Assembly (NCBI GenBank): GCA_023664345.1
Contig: JAMPFQ010000001.1
Location: 114,482-178,481, forward strand
Length of the DNA: 64,000 nucleotides
Source of the DNA: Lachnospiraceae bacterium
Lineage (GTDB): Bacteria > Bacillota > Clostridia > Lachnospirales > Lachnospiraceae
Direction: 5' to 3'
Part shown: positions 1 through 9,552 of the stretch, piece after piece
Position numbering within the stretch: position 1 is the stretch's first letter
Layout: each line of letters starts with the position of its first letter
Notes under the pieces: model-generated
Databases searched by the model: none
Seen by the model: only the letters and a program-made list of their open reading frames with translations
What the model was told of the DNA's origin: nothing
Position numbers and translations under genes: made by a program

Positions 1-987
1 TAGCAATTTCATTCATTAAATCCCTGTTCAGGTTCACTTTGTCCCTCTTACTATATGCCTCAATCAATAATAACGGATTAACACCATATTTAATGGAACA
101 TTTTTGTATTTCTTTTAAATAACTTGTATGGAAACCTGAAACACCACATATCGTATCAATGGGGTTGATTCCTGATTTTTTAATAAAAGGGTAAATATGC
201 TTTTTGCTGTCAAGCAACAGCGAAATAATATCTAATGGCACATCGTATCCCAGGCGACTCAAACAAATAAGAAAATGTTCCAAGCATGCATTACCTGAAC
301 TACGCCCCATTCCCTGAAGGGAACAATCTATAAAATTAATTCCCAGTTCCGCTGCAAATAGACTGTTCGACAAAGCAAGACCTATGTTGTCATGTCCATG
401 AAACCCTACTTCAAGTTTATCGCTACAACTTCGAATTGCTTCATAATATCTTGCAATGTCATCAGGAACCATATTACCTGCCGAATCCACTATATATATC
501 AAGTCTGCTCCCCATGCTTCAGAACGCTTCACCGCTTCAGAAAATTCTTCAGGTGTCGCGGCATAAGATTTCATATAATTAGCCATTACATGCATATGAT
601 ATTTTTTAGCATGTTTAATATACTCTTCAGACTGATTTATGCTTTCTACGTTTGTTCCAATTCGTATAAAAGAACATCCATATTCAGCCATCATCTCAAC
701 ATCATCAAGCGAAGCTATCCCTGGAATACAAAACATTCCATATTTTGCAACACTCAAATTATCTTGCGCACATCTCAAATATTCTTTATCCGTATGCAAT
801 GCAAGACCGTTTTTTAAATTACTTGCGCCCACACCCATCCCATGTCCAATTTCAATATATCGAATTCCCTGCTTTTCCAAGCTTGCGCAAATATTTTTCT
901 CATCGTTTGTAGAAAACTGAAAATTAATTGCATAGCTTCCATCTCTCAATGTTACATCCATAATCTCAAAATTTTTGTTTTTCATAA
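1..987 (-). CDS. DmpG-like 4-hydroxy-2-oxovalerate aldolase / HMGL-like DRE-TIM metallolyase, C-terminally truncated by the window edge
   Basis: Reverse-complement translation from 987 gives MKNKNFEIMDVTLRDGSYAINFQFS..., which matches the DVTLRDG(S/M)HA N-terminal signature of DmpG/HMG-CoA-lyase-like aldolases. An RBS-like GGAGTA lies upstream. The plus-strand ORFs at 392-1048 are low-complexity antisense artefacts. Confidence 0.5.
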
Positions 988-993
988 TTACTC

Positions 994-1764
994 CTATTCA
1001 ACCATCGTCAAAATTCGTGGATATTCCTTTAACAGTTCACTGATATAGTCCACATATTCTTTCGTGGAAAATGTCAAAATATTTCCTTTTCCCAGATATG
1101 CGCTTTTTACTATTCCTTGTTCTTTGCACAACGCATCTATTCTACTTGGATTATAAGAATCTTCCGGCTTGTCATAATCATAAACAAAGTGTACTGCGTA
1201 ATCATGGATCTGTTTTCCATCTATAATCTTAATGCCATTAAATGCTTTGTTATAACGATATGTAACATGATTTATCTTTTCTACATAGTGTATTAACGTG
1301 GAACCCGCGTCAAAATTAACACACAAAACTTTCCCATCCTTTTTTACAAAGCGTTCCCAAAAAGAATCCTTTCCAAATGCTTCATGTACATTACAATCTC
1401 TATAATAAGGCATTTCTTGACCCACACCACAAATAGAAAAATTAGGGTCAAGACTTCTATTATAAGCATAATTATGAATCATATATTCCGAAAGCATGCC
1501 ACATGTCGATCCTGTTTCTACTGGATCATATATTTCCCCGTGACAAAAAGAATAAGAAAAAGTGGGCGTTACTATGGTCCCGTCATCACCAATTACCGTT
1601 TTAACTGCACCAATAAACTCTTCACACAATTGTTCCTTCGTTTTACAATTCTGCAGTATCCCCAAAAATCCTAGATTACTATGAATGAAAACGCTATCTC
1701 CTTGTTTAATACCTACTTTTTGTAATGCTTCAATAATATTTTCACGCGTATAGTGAGCTATCAT
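994..1764 (-). CDS. AAC(3)-family (aminoglycoside 3-N-acetyltransferase-like, PF02522-type) acyltransferase
   Basis: The motifs GDSVFIHSNLGFLG ... GDDGTIVTPTFSYS match the AAC(3) consensus (GD.l.vHSSL..lG ... GTLvMPT.S). The gene overlaps the upstream ACP gene by 4 nt. Confidence 0.6.
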   Translation of the reverse strand: MIAHYTRENIIEALQKVGIKQGDSVFIHSNLGFLGILQNCKTKEQLCEEFIGAVKTVIGDDGTIVTPTFSYSFCHGEIYDPVETGSTCGMLSEYMIHNYAYNRSLDPNFSICGVGQEMPYYRDCNVHEAFGKDSFWERFVKKDGKVLCVNFDAGSTLIHYVEKINHVTYRYNKAFNGIKIIDGKQIHDYAVHFVYDYDKPEDSYNPSRIDALCKEQGIVKSAYLGKGNILTFSTKEYVDYISELLKEYPRILTMVE

Positions 1765-2009
1765 ATTTTTCTCCCTTTTTCAATGCATTCTGCTAATCCA
1801 TCAATCGTCGAGAAAGCCCTGTCCTCAAACTGCTCGTTATCAAAGGTCATATCAAAAGTTTCTTCTATTTCACTAATAAACATAATAAACGCAAATGAAT
1901 CTATATACTCCTTGTCAAAATAATTTGCTGCGCTATTCTTACTTATTTCCTCTTCGCTTACCCCACTATTACTTGCCATCCAATCAATAATCCATTTCCT
2001 TGCTTCCAT
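1761..2009 (-). CDS. acyl carrier protein-like (82 aa)
   Basis: It is small and acidic, with a DSF(A) phosphopantetheine-site-like motif in a helical context (DKEYIDSFAFIMFISEIEETF). It is translationally coupled to its neighbours. Confidence 0.5.
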   Translation of the reverse strand: MEARKWIIDWMASNSGVSEEEISKNSAANYFDKEYIDSFAFIMFISEIEETFDMTFDNEQFEDRAFSTIDGLAECIEKGRKI

Positions 2010-2668
2010 CAGTATTCCTCCATTTCTACTGCAATCACTCTTGATGGTGCTCCATCACAGTTTTTAATTTTCAAAGGTAAAGCAAAAAGACAATATTTTT
2101 TCCCTTCTACCAAACAATCTGTATTAGACAAGTACTCTATAATTGTTACCTGATTCTCCAATAGTTTCTTATGAACTGGCGAATCTTCTTTTTGTGTAAT
2201 GGCACCACCGCCATCCGGAGATGGCGTATCCAACGCTATAACCCCCATTCCTTTTTCTATTAAATATGATACCGCATCTTCTGAAAAGAAAGGAAAACCT
2301 TTATAATAATTGGGCGTCTTCCAATTTTTCCACCAGTCAAAACGAAAAAGCATTCTTTCCGATATCACAAGATCCCTTACATCCTTATACTCAACAATAC
2401 TTCCCTCTCCCATATATGAAAAATTGACAATGGATATGTTTCCACATATCTTTTGCAAATCCGCCTCGTCTATTCCTTGTGCACCATTAAAAAAATGCAA
2501 TGGTGCATCCATATGGGTTCCCGAATGACTTCCCACCAATATACTATGTGTATTCCTGCCTACTTCATCAAGTTTTCCCATTTGTGTTATCCGCACTTTT
2601 TGATGCCATGGCGTACCACATGTCATGCATTCATTATCCAATGTTAAAGACAAATCAATAATTTTCAA
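2009..2668 (-). CDS. cyclase-family protein (kynurenine formamidase/arylformamidase-like hydrolase)
   Basis: The SHSGTHMDAPLHF motif is the HxGTHxDxPxH signature of the putative cyclase (PF04199) family. Confidence 0.6.
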   Translation of the reverse strand: MKIIDLSLTLDNECMTCGTPWHQKVRITQMGKLDEVGRNTHSILVGSHSGTHMDAPLHFFNGAQGIDEADLQKICGNISIVNFSYMGEGSIVEYKDVRDLVISERMLFRFDWWKNWKTPNYYKGFPFFSEDAVSYLIEKGMGVIALDTPSPDGGGAITQKEDSPVHKKLLENQVTIIEYLSNTDCLVEGKKYCLFALPLKIKNCDGAPSRVIAVEMEEY

Positions 2669-2672
2669 TGTT

Positions 2673-3287
2673 TTACCCCCTTTTTATACTGATTATCTCA
2701 ACTATTTCACCAAATGGTCCTGTACAAAAACCAATATCCATTCTCTTTTGATTTACTGTCAGTTCTTCAACACTCGTAACATTATACCCTGCCGCTTGAA
2801 TCCTTTGCAATTCTTTTTTCGTATCACTGGACAAAAAACAGATAGAAGACCACCCTGTTTTATCCAACTTCCACTCTACAGCATTAACCTTTCTAATTGC
2901 ACAAGACACCCGCCCCAGTGCAAATTTACCCTCAAGAAATAACTCATCCCCACATGATTCCATTTTTTTTAAGCCTAAGGAAGCCAAAAATTCTGAAGTC
3001 TTTCCTGGATCTGGAGAATACATGATAACAGTGCTATTTTCTACATCCATGCTGTCTTCTCCTTGGAAACATGTATCATACGCCGTAATTTCGACCGGAA
3101 CATCCTGCACTTTTTCATACAGATAAATATCATGTCCCTGTTGTGGTTCTCTAAAAAATATTTTTTTGCAATCTATGTTCCTCAAATTAAAATTCTGAAA
3201 TTGCAATTCATATCCAGAAATACTGGAAACTGATCGCACTGATTTTCTCTCGCAGGAAAAAGAGATATGGTCAAATTTCATAATCAT
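2673..3287 (-). CDS. hypothetical protein (204 aa)
   Basis: The ORF is packed between the ligase and the cyclase with a 17-nt overlap. I see no recognisable motif. Confidence 0.3.
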   Translation of the reverse strand: MIMKFDHISFSCERKSVRSVSSISGYELQFQNFNLRNIDCKKIFFREPQQGHDIYLYEKVQDVPVEITAYDTCFQGEDSMDVENSTVIMYSPDPGKTSEFLASLGLKKMESCGDELFLEGKFALGRVSCAIRKVNAVEWKLDKTGWSSICFLSSDTKKELQRIQAAGYNVTSVEELTVNQKRMDIGFCTGPFGEIVEIISIKRG

Positions 3288-4677
3288 GCTCTATCATCTC
3301 CCGTATTTTTTGCTTATCCAATTTTCCGTTTAAATTTTTGGGCAATTCATCAAACTCTATTAAATAGTCCAGCTTATAGTGTTTGCCCAATTCTTTTTCT
3401 AATAATTCATTCAGTAAATGTATATCCTGCTTCTTACTGCCCGCATAACAACAGATAATCTGCTCCTCACCATTCAACACACAAGAAAGAACTACATTTT
3501 CATTAATACCATTAATTTTTTGCAAACATTCCATTATATCAGATGGATTAATATTAAAACCGCCACGAATGATCAAATCCTTTTTCCGTCCATTTATAAA
3601 CAAACAATCATCCTGTATATAACCCAAATCGCCCGTTCTATAATAATCTCCTAAGAATTCCTCATATGCATCATTATTTACATATCCCCTAAACATCCAT
3701 GGTACAGCCACTTGTATTTCATTGTCATCATCCAATTTCAATTTAACTCCTGGCAACAATTGCCCTACCGAATCACTGCGGGTATCTTCTCCCAGTTTTT
3801 CAGATGTCAAAAATAAGGTTTCTGATAATCCATAACTTTGATAAACACGAATATTATATTTGTTTTCTATTTTGTCACGCAAATCTTTATATAATGGAGC
3901 TGTTCCCACACTGACTGTCGCATTTATATTTTGAAGATAATCTTTATAGACTCCTTTTGCATCTATGATGTCTATAATTTTTAACATAGTCGGCGACAGC
4001 CAAAATGTATTAACTTTATGCCTTGTTACAGTCTTCCAAAACGTAAATGCTGATTTCATATTAAATCTGGGAAAGACAACCACTTTCCCCCCCATAACAA
4101 ACGGAAGGAAAATACTGTTCAAAATACCCGCCATATATGTCATTGGCATCACATGTGCCAAAATAGTATGTGCTCCATATCCCATATGCTCACCAAAAGA
4201 TACAGCGGAAAGGAAAAGATTTCCTGCGGAATGTCTTACTCCTTTAGGTTTCCCAGTGCTTCCCGAAGTGTAAGTTATAAGAAAAAGGCTATCATAATCC
4301 ACATCTTCAAAACTCTTTTTCATCTCCAATCCATTCCAAATTGATACTTGTTCAAAATAGTCTCTTTCCATATACATCGCACAAGAGTGAATATCTCTTA
4401 TGATCTTAATTTCTTCTTTACTCTTTTCAGGATCTACAGGAATAATTACTATTTGATATAATAAAGCAGCAAAATACATCATTAATAGTTCCACACTATT
4501 CTCCATGCATACAATCAGTTCCAAAATACCTCTATCACGCAAATTTTTGCCAATGTAATTAGCCTTTTGATAAATATCCGCATAAGAATATTCTGTTCCT
4601 GTTATTGCATCTATCACAAAAAGTTGATCTTCCTCAAAATTCTCTATTTTTTTTAAAATATCTTGTATTTCTTTCAT
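3271..4677 (-). CDS. AMP-dependent synthetase/ligase (acyl-AMP/acyl-ACP ligase-like adenylating enzyme)
   Basis: It has the AMP-binding P-loop YTSGSTGKPKGV and the GYGxTE-like SYGLSET motif. Its length (468 aa) fits the family. Confidence 0.7.
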   Translation of the reverse strand: MKEIQDILKKIENFEEDQLFVIDAITGTEYSYADIYQKANYIGKNLRDRGILELIVCMENSVELLMMYFAALLYQIVIIPVDPEKSKEEIKIIRDIHSCAMYMERDYFEQVSIWNGLEMKKSFEDVDYDSLFLITYTSGSTGKPKGVRHSAGNLFLSAVSFGEHMGYGAHTILAHVMPMTYMAGILNSIFLPFVMGGKVVVFPRFNMKSAFTFWKTVTRHKVNTFWLSPTMLKIIDIIDAKGVYKDYLQNINATVSVGTAPLYKDLRDKIENKYNIRVYQSYGLSETLFLTSEKLGEDTRSDSVGQLLPGVKLKLDDDNEIQVAVPWMFRGYVNNDAYEEFLGDYYRTGDLGYIQDDCLFINGRKKDLIIRGGFNINPSDIMECLQKINGINENVVLSCVLNGEEQIICCYAGSKKQDIHLLNELLEKELGKHYKLDYLIEFDELPKNLNGKLDKQKIREMIEHDYEI

Positions 4678-5946
4678 CTATATAACCTCTATCAAATCAT
4701 TATTCATTAGCTTTTCTACTATAGGTATCAGTTTCTGTATTGGCACTCCAATAATATTACTAATATCGATCAAATCATTTTTACCATCTGCATAAGCTAT
4801 AAAGTCTGTTATGTCTTTTACTGACATAGCCGACATTTTTGAACTGATTGTGGGAAACAATCCTCTTTTCCCAAGCTGAGGTTCACAGAGACAAATTATT
4901 CTGTATCTTTCATTTTTTTCTAATGCATCTATACATTGACGATATACTTCAAAAGAACCTTCAAGCCCTTCTTCGGAAATTATTGTCAGATCATCTTTTG
5001 ATGTATGATATTCGGGGTATTCATGATACTTTGTTCTGCATATGGAGCAAACTGGCAGATCAATGCCTGGTGCGCAGTATTGTCTTTCATCGCTGCCCCT
5101 GCACAAATACGTATAACTTTTATAATCGGGATAATGATATTTTAAAATATTTTGAGCAACTTTGTCAGCCAGCGTGTTTCCATATCTTGATGCAACATAA
5201 GAATACGTTCTGTCATCACCAACGCATGTTACATTGAACCCGGCAATTACTTTCTCTTGCATTTCCTCATAGTTTTTGCTTAAATAAGTAATCGAACCTA
5301 TTGTTTCTGGAATAAACACTATCCTATAGCTGTATTTTCGATGTTCTAAAGAGCAAATATATTGATACAGTTTTGTCACTACACACGGTCCAGAAAGTTC
5401 ATTATTTGCCATGGAGGGATGGCAAATATATGTTGACAAAAAAATCTCTTCTTGACACTCACCTGGAATTAGTATCTCTCCATAAGTTAGGCTTCCATCT
5501 ATTAGCTGACTGTCAATAACTATATGATAAGTACCTTCCTTTAAAGAATCCCTCTGCTTTTTCGACATACAAAATCCAAACCGTTCTTTATAGTAGGAAG
5601 TTACATACGGAACCGCCGTCTCATCATTTTCATCCACATAAATATACTGTTTCAATTCTTCTAAATTTACATAAGCATCTACGGGTGTTGAATACCCCAT
5701 AATATGTAAATTTAACCAATTAAAATCAAGGATTACCCCCTCTCCACAATATTCTATATAACCGCCCTTAATTACCCATTCTTTCGGAACGGTCCAATCA
5801 AAAACTTTTGTACCTGTAGGCACCTCATGCACTTTCAGATCCGGAATATATTCTTTTAATATACCTAAGGTTTCTCTCACACCTGCTCCAGTGATACTTC
5901 TACAGATAGGAAATAATCGTTTTGCTAATTCATACATATCTACCAT
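4678..5946 (-). CDS. DUF4910/aminopeptidase-like domain protein (tentative)
   Basis: The N-terminal LAKRLFPICRSITGAGVRETL is reminiscent of DUF4910/M28-like proteins seen in glycan loci. The assignment is tentative. Confidence 0.3.
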   Translation of the reverse strand: MVDMYELAKRLFPICRSITGAGVRETLGILKEYIPDLKVHEVPTGTKVFDWTVPKEWVIKGGYIEYCGEGVILDFNWLNLHIMGYSTPVDAYVNLEELKQYIYVDENDETAVPYVTSYYKERFGFCMSKKQRDSLKEGTYHIVIDSQLIDGSLTYGEILIPGECQEEIFLSTYICHPSMANNELSGPCVVTKLYQYICSLEHRKYSYRIVFIPETIGSITYLSKNYEEMQEKVIAGFNVTCVGDDRTYSYVASRYGNTLADKVAQNILKYHYPDYKSYTYLCRGSDERQYCAPGIDLPVCSICRTKYHEYPEYHTSKDDLTIISEEGLEGSFEVYRQCIDALEKNERYRIICLCEPQLGKRGLFPTISSKMSAMSVKDITDFIAYADGKNDLIDISNIIGVPIQKLIPIVEKLMNNDLIEVI

Positions 5947-6186
5947 TTTTTTCTCCTCGCGTTATATAGTAGTAATGTTTATAGACCCTCTCCAAAGTCT
6001 TAATACTATATCTTCATAACCATTCTTTGCCGTGTTCTCCACATAATATCTTCTTCACCTCCAGGCACTGAACTAATACTTCTTTTGCTGTCAGGCTTTT
6101 TATTATCCTCGCAATCCCCTTCATACCAATCCGTACAGAAATAGCTTAAGCCCTGGACGGATGAAAACAAATAACTCAATACTTTA

Positions 6187-7095
6187 TTATTCATTCCCCA
6201 ATCGGTCTCCAACACGAATAATGCCTTCATAAATATATTCTATGACTTCAATAACAGTATCCTTTGTCTTCACATAAAATCCGTCTTTTGTCTTTCCCAA
6301 TATCTGTCCTGGGGTATTGATATATCTATGTGCTCCTTTTACTTCCCTCACTTTATTTATTTTTATCATTTTACCATTAAGCATCGATGTTGCCATGGGT
6401 CCAGGTTTACATATTGCCCGAACAAAATTAAACAGTTCTCTACTTGTAGAATTCCAATTGATTATTTCGTCCCCGGACTTTCGCATGCCACAATATATAC
6501 CAACAGGATCGATCGTTTCCTGCTTGATCGCATTAGCTTTACCAATTTGGATCAACTTTACTGCTTCATACAGCACATCTGCACAACCAATATACGCGCG
6601 TTTTAATAAAGTGCCATAATCGTCATCATCCGTAATCGAATAGTTCCTTTGCAGAATGATATCACCAGTATCTATTCCTTCATCTACATAATGTACTGTA
6701 ATCCCAAAATCTTTTTCATCATTGATCAATACCCAATTCAGTATATTTCTTCCGCGGTAAAATGGTAATTTCCCTGCATGACAATTAATAGTTTTCCATT
6801 TCGGAAGATTAATGATTTCTGCCTTAAAAATTTGATTAAAAGACATAGATACAAATAAATCAACATTATATCTTTTGAGCACATTAATAAAATCAGGTGC
6901 ATTAACATTAGGGCTAAACAATACATCTATATTATACTTTCTGCCAAATTCTTGCAGAACTGAGTCTTTCTTATCATACCTAACACATATAAATGCAATG
7001 TGGATAGTCTCATCCTGTATCATCTTTTCGAAAGCATAATGGGACCATGGGCCATCTGCAAAATATCCTATTGTAATTGTACTTAACCTATGCAC
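6187..7095 (-). CDS. formyltransferase-family protein (Fmt/ArnA-N-like; sugar N-formyl/acyl transferase candidate)
   Basis: NCHAGKLPFYRGRNILNWVLINDEKDFGITVHYVDEGIDTGDII matches the formyl_trans_N catalytic region (HxSLLPxxRG ... D.G.DTG). Confidence 0.7.
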   Translation of the reverse strand: MHRLSTITIGYFADGPWSHYAFEKMIQDETIHIAFICVRYDKKDSVLQEFGRKYNIDVLFSPNVNAPDFINVLKRYNVDLFVSMSFNQIFKAEIINLPKWKTINCHAGKLPFYRGRNILNWVLINDEKDFGITVHYVDEGIDTGDIILQRNYSITDDDDYGTLLKRAYIGCADVLYEAVKLIQIGKANAIKQETIDPVGIYCGMRKSGDEIINWNSTSRELFNFVRAICKPGPMATSMLNGKMIKINKVREVKGAHRYINTPGQILGKTKDGFYVKTKDTVIEVIEYIYEGIIRVGDRLGNE

Positions 7096-7136
7096 AGAAG
7101 AGCACCTCCCTCCTGATACATTCTATGAGGTATAGT

Positions 7137-7790
7137 TTATACCCCCCCCCCAATAGTTTCTTTCATTTCGTTTTCTTCCTTTCTATTTGTTGTGCTTGAC
7201 CGAAGTACCATACCCGCCGGAATCACATGGTAATCCGGAATTGTCATTTCCTGAATGACAGTGGCATTGGCACCCACCAGACATTCCTTTCCAACATTTA
7301 CTCCGCCACAGATACAAGCCGACACAGCTATATGTGTAAAATCACCAATATTGCAGTCATGCTCAATAAGACTACATGAATTTATAATACAATGCTTTCC
7401 TATATGAGCATCTGCATTCACAACAGCATTTTTCCCTATAAATGTTCCCTCACCGATTACTGCTGATTTTGCCATTGTAACGGTTGGATCTATAATCGTT
7501 GGAAACAGAAAGCCCACTTTCTGCAACTTTTCTACCAATCGTTTGCGCACATCATCTGTTCCCAGGAATCCAACCCCCAGAATCGCATAGTGAATTCCCT
7601 GGTCAAATAATTTTTGTATGTCATCATCTGTTCCTATCGCCCTAATCTTTTCATATGAAAAACTCGAATTTTCCATGCGATCCACAAAACCTGCAACCTC
7701 ATATTCTTCCGGAAGCGCCAAAAGTGTATCACATACAGATTTTGCGTGACCGCCACACCCCAGTATGATAATCCTATTTATATTTTTCAT
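7137..7790 (-). CDS. NeuD/PglD-family sugar N/O-acyltransferase (LegH/PseH-like)
   Basis: The N-terminal IIILGCGGHAKSV Rossmann-like segment is followed by left-handed beta-helix hexapeptide repeats. The gene overlaps the cytidylyltransferase gene by 4 nt. Confidence 0.7.
   Translation of the reverse strand: MKNINRIIILGCGGHAKSVCDTLLALPEEYEVAGFVDRMENSSFSYEKIRAIGTDDDIQKLFDQGIHYAILGVGFLGTDDVRKRLVEKLQKVGFLFPTIIDPTVTMAKSAVIGEGTFIGKNAVVNADAHIGKHCIINSCSLIEHDCNIGDFTHIAVSACICGGVNVGKECLVGANATVIQEMTIPDYHVIPAGMVLRSSTTNRKEENEMKETIGGGV
7142..7151. repeat. C10/G10 homopolymeric tract at the 3' end of the acyltransferase gene
   Basis: Ten consecutive C on the plus strand, which is G10 on the coding strand and encodes the GGG near the C-terminus (ETIGGGV*). 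Confidence 0.9.
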
Positions 7791-8491
7791 TTGATTCCCT
7801 CATTTCCCATCAGCTGCATCAAATACTGCGCAAAATCAAAATCCAATAATGTATCTATGTCAACTGAGTCCTGCGCTGACATAATATAGGCTACGGTATC
7901 ATTAGAATAATATGTTCTTTTTTCTTTCAGTAATTTATAATCCAAAATATATATAGCGCCATTGGGCACATAAAAAACGGTATTTGTCTGGCGATTATGT
8001 ATCGCATCACCCTCACCAAATCCTGCATTTTGTACACGACCATTATCAAGTTTCTTATGATACCATGTAACAGGCGTTTCCGCTTCTTTCATTGAAATAA
8101 GTGTCTCCGCGCCGGATCTCTCAAACAATTCCATTGCTTCATTAATATGGATTTCTGTCCTTAGGGGCGCTGTCGGCAGCAAAACCATAAACTTATCTAT
8201 TCTTTTATCGCTTTCCTGCATCAAATAATCTACGGCATGTAAATATACATCCACCGCTTGAGAAGTATCTGTCGCAAGTTCATCCGGCCTCAAAAAGGGA
8301 ACTTCTGCGCCATATTCTTTTGCCACTTCCGCAATCTTATGATCATCTGTGCTCACAATGATTTTTTCTACCTGTCGCGCCTTTTGGGCTGCCTCGATCG
8401 TATATGCGATCAACGGTTTCCCATTCAACTCTCTTATATTTTTCCCGGGCAAACCTTTTGATCCGCCTCTGGCCGGAATGATTGCTATCAT
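7787..8491 (-). CDS. CMP-nonulosonic acid synthetase (acylneuraminate cytidylyltransferase family; LegF/PseF/NeuA-like)
   Basis: MIAIIPARGGSKGLPGKNI is the classic CMP-NeuAc synthetase N-terminus. Confidence 0.75.
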   Translation of the reverse strand: MIAIIPARGGSKGLPGKNIRELNGKPLIAYTIEAAQKARQVEKIIVSTDDHKIAEVAKEYGAEVPFLRPDELATDTSQAVDVYLHAVDYLMQESDKRIDKFMVLLPTAPLRTEIHINEAMELFERSGAETLISMKEAETPVTWYHKKLDNGRVQNAGFGEGDAIHNRQTNTVFYVPNGAIYILDYKLLKEKRTYYSNDTVAYIMSAQDSVDIDTLLDFDFAQYLMQLMGNEGIK

Positions 8492-8505
8492 GTTATCTCT
8501 CCTCT

Positions 8506-9549
8506 TTAAAAATCCTCGTACCGAATCAATTCGTCATAACAGATATCCCGCTTAGCTTCTTTTCCAATCAAAAAACTGTAATATTTAGGCGGAATCCCGG
8601 TTCCTGGGCGCTTGTAATCCAAATCTTCTTCCTGGATAATCTGCCCTTTAGATATTGGTTTAGCCGCCACAATACTTCTTTGAAATGCCTCTCGCCTTTC
8701 TTGACTTTCACTGACCACTTTAGAATAAGACCCCAGCATTTTATACCCACATTCCGCAGCCTGACAAATCACACGCAGTTCTTCCGGATTAGCTGAAATC
8801 TTATGATCCCAGCCAACCATATTCTTATCCAGCGTGAAATGTTTTTCAATAATGCAGACTCCTTTCGCCATGGACATTATTGGAGCGATCGTACCCAATG
8901 TATGATCCGAGTATCCAACAGGGCAGTTGAAATTATTTCTGAGCATATCAATATGGTTTAAATTTGTTTCCTCATCCTTTGGAGGATATATGGATACACA
9001 ATGTAACAAGATAATATCCTGGCATCCGTTTTCTTTGACACATTTAACCGCATCACTGACATCCGCCAAATCGCAAAGCCCCGTACTGATTACCATTGGC
9101 TTTTTCTTGCCAGCAAGATATTTCAAAAACGGAATATTATTCAAATCCATGGACGCAACCTTGATAAACGGAACATCCAACTCATCTACTAATAAATCCG
9201 CTTCTCTTTTAGAAAATGGTGTGGAATTAAAATCAATACCAACTGTATCGCAATACTCTTTCAGTAATCTATGTTCTTTTGCTCCAATATGATATTCGTC
9301 TACAATTTCCTCTAAAGTGTAATCTGTTCTGTGACGATAATCATCAGTCAAAAAATAATTGTCTTCGTATACTTTTCTTGAAAAGATAGTATCCTTAGAC
9401 CAAGACTGAAATTTCACACAATCAGCCCCACACTCTTTTGCCTTATCAATCATTTTCTTTGCCAAATCCATATTGCCATTATGGTTTGAACCAATCTCCG
9501 CAATAACATATGGTTTACAAAAGTCTCTCATTTTCTCATAATCAAACAT
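8506..9549 (-). CDS. nonulosonic acid synthase (NeuB/LegI/PseI family)
   Basis: VIAEIGSNHNGNMDLAKKMIDKAKECGADCVKFQ is the NeuB signature. Its length (347 aa) is typical. Confidence 0.8.
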   Translation of the reverse strand: MFDYEKMRDFCKPYVIAEIGSNHNGNMDLAKKMIDKAKECGADCVKFQSWSKDTIFSRKVYEDNYFLTDDYRHRTDYTLEEIVDEYHIGAKEHRLLKEYCDTVGIDFNSTPFSKREADLLVDELDVPFIKVASMDLNNIPFLKYLAGKKKPMVISTGLCDLADVSDAVKCVKENGCQDIILLHCVSIYPPKDEETNLNHIDMLRNNFNCPVGYSDHTLGTIAPIMSMAKGVCIIEKHFTLDKNMVGWDHKISANPEELRVICQAAECGYKMLGSYSKVVSESQERREAFQRSIVAAKPISKGQIIQEEDLDYKRPGTGIPPKYYSFLIGKEAKRDICYDELIRYEDF

Positions 9550-9552
9550 AAT

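Noticed and set aside
392-1048. Three plus-strand ORFs (141, 93, 68 aa) at the left edge
   Set aside because: Their translations are low-complexity (F/I/Y/S/C-rich) and lie antisense to a well-supported aldolase-like minus-strand gene. They are artefacts of AT-rich DNA.
6006-6230. 74-aa ORF overlapping the 3' end of the formyltransferase gene
   Set aside because: It sits in an alternative frame of a real gene, has no RBS and has an odd composition. It is probably spurious.
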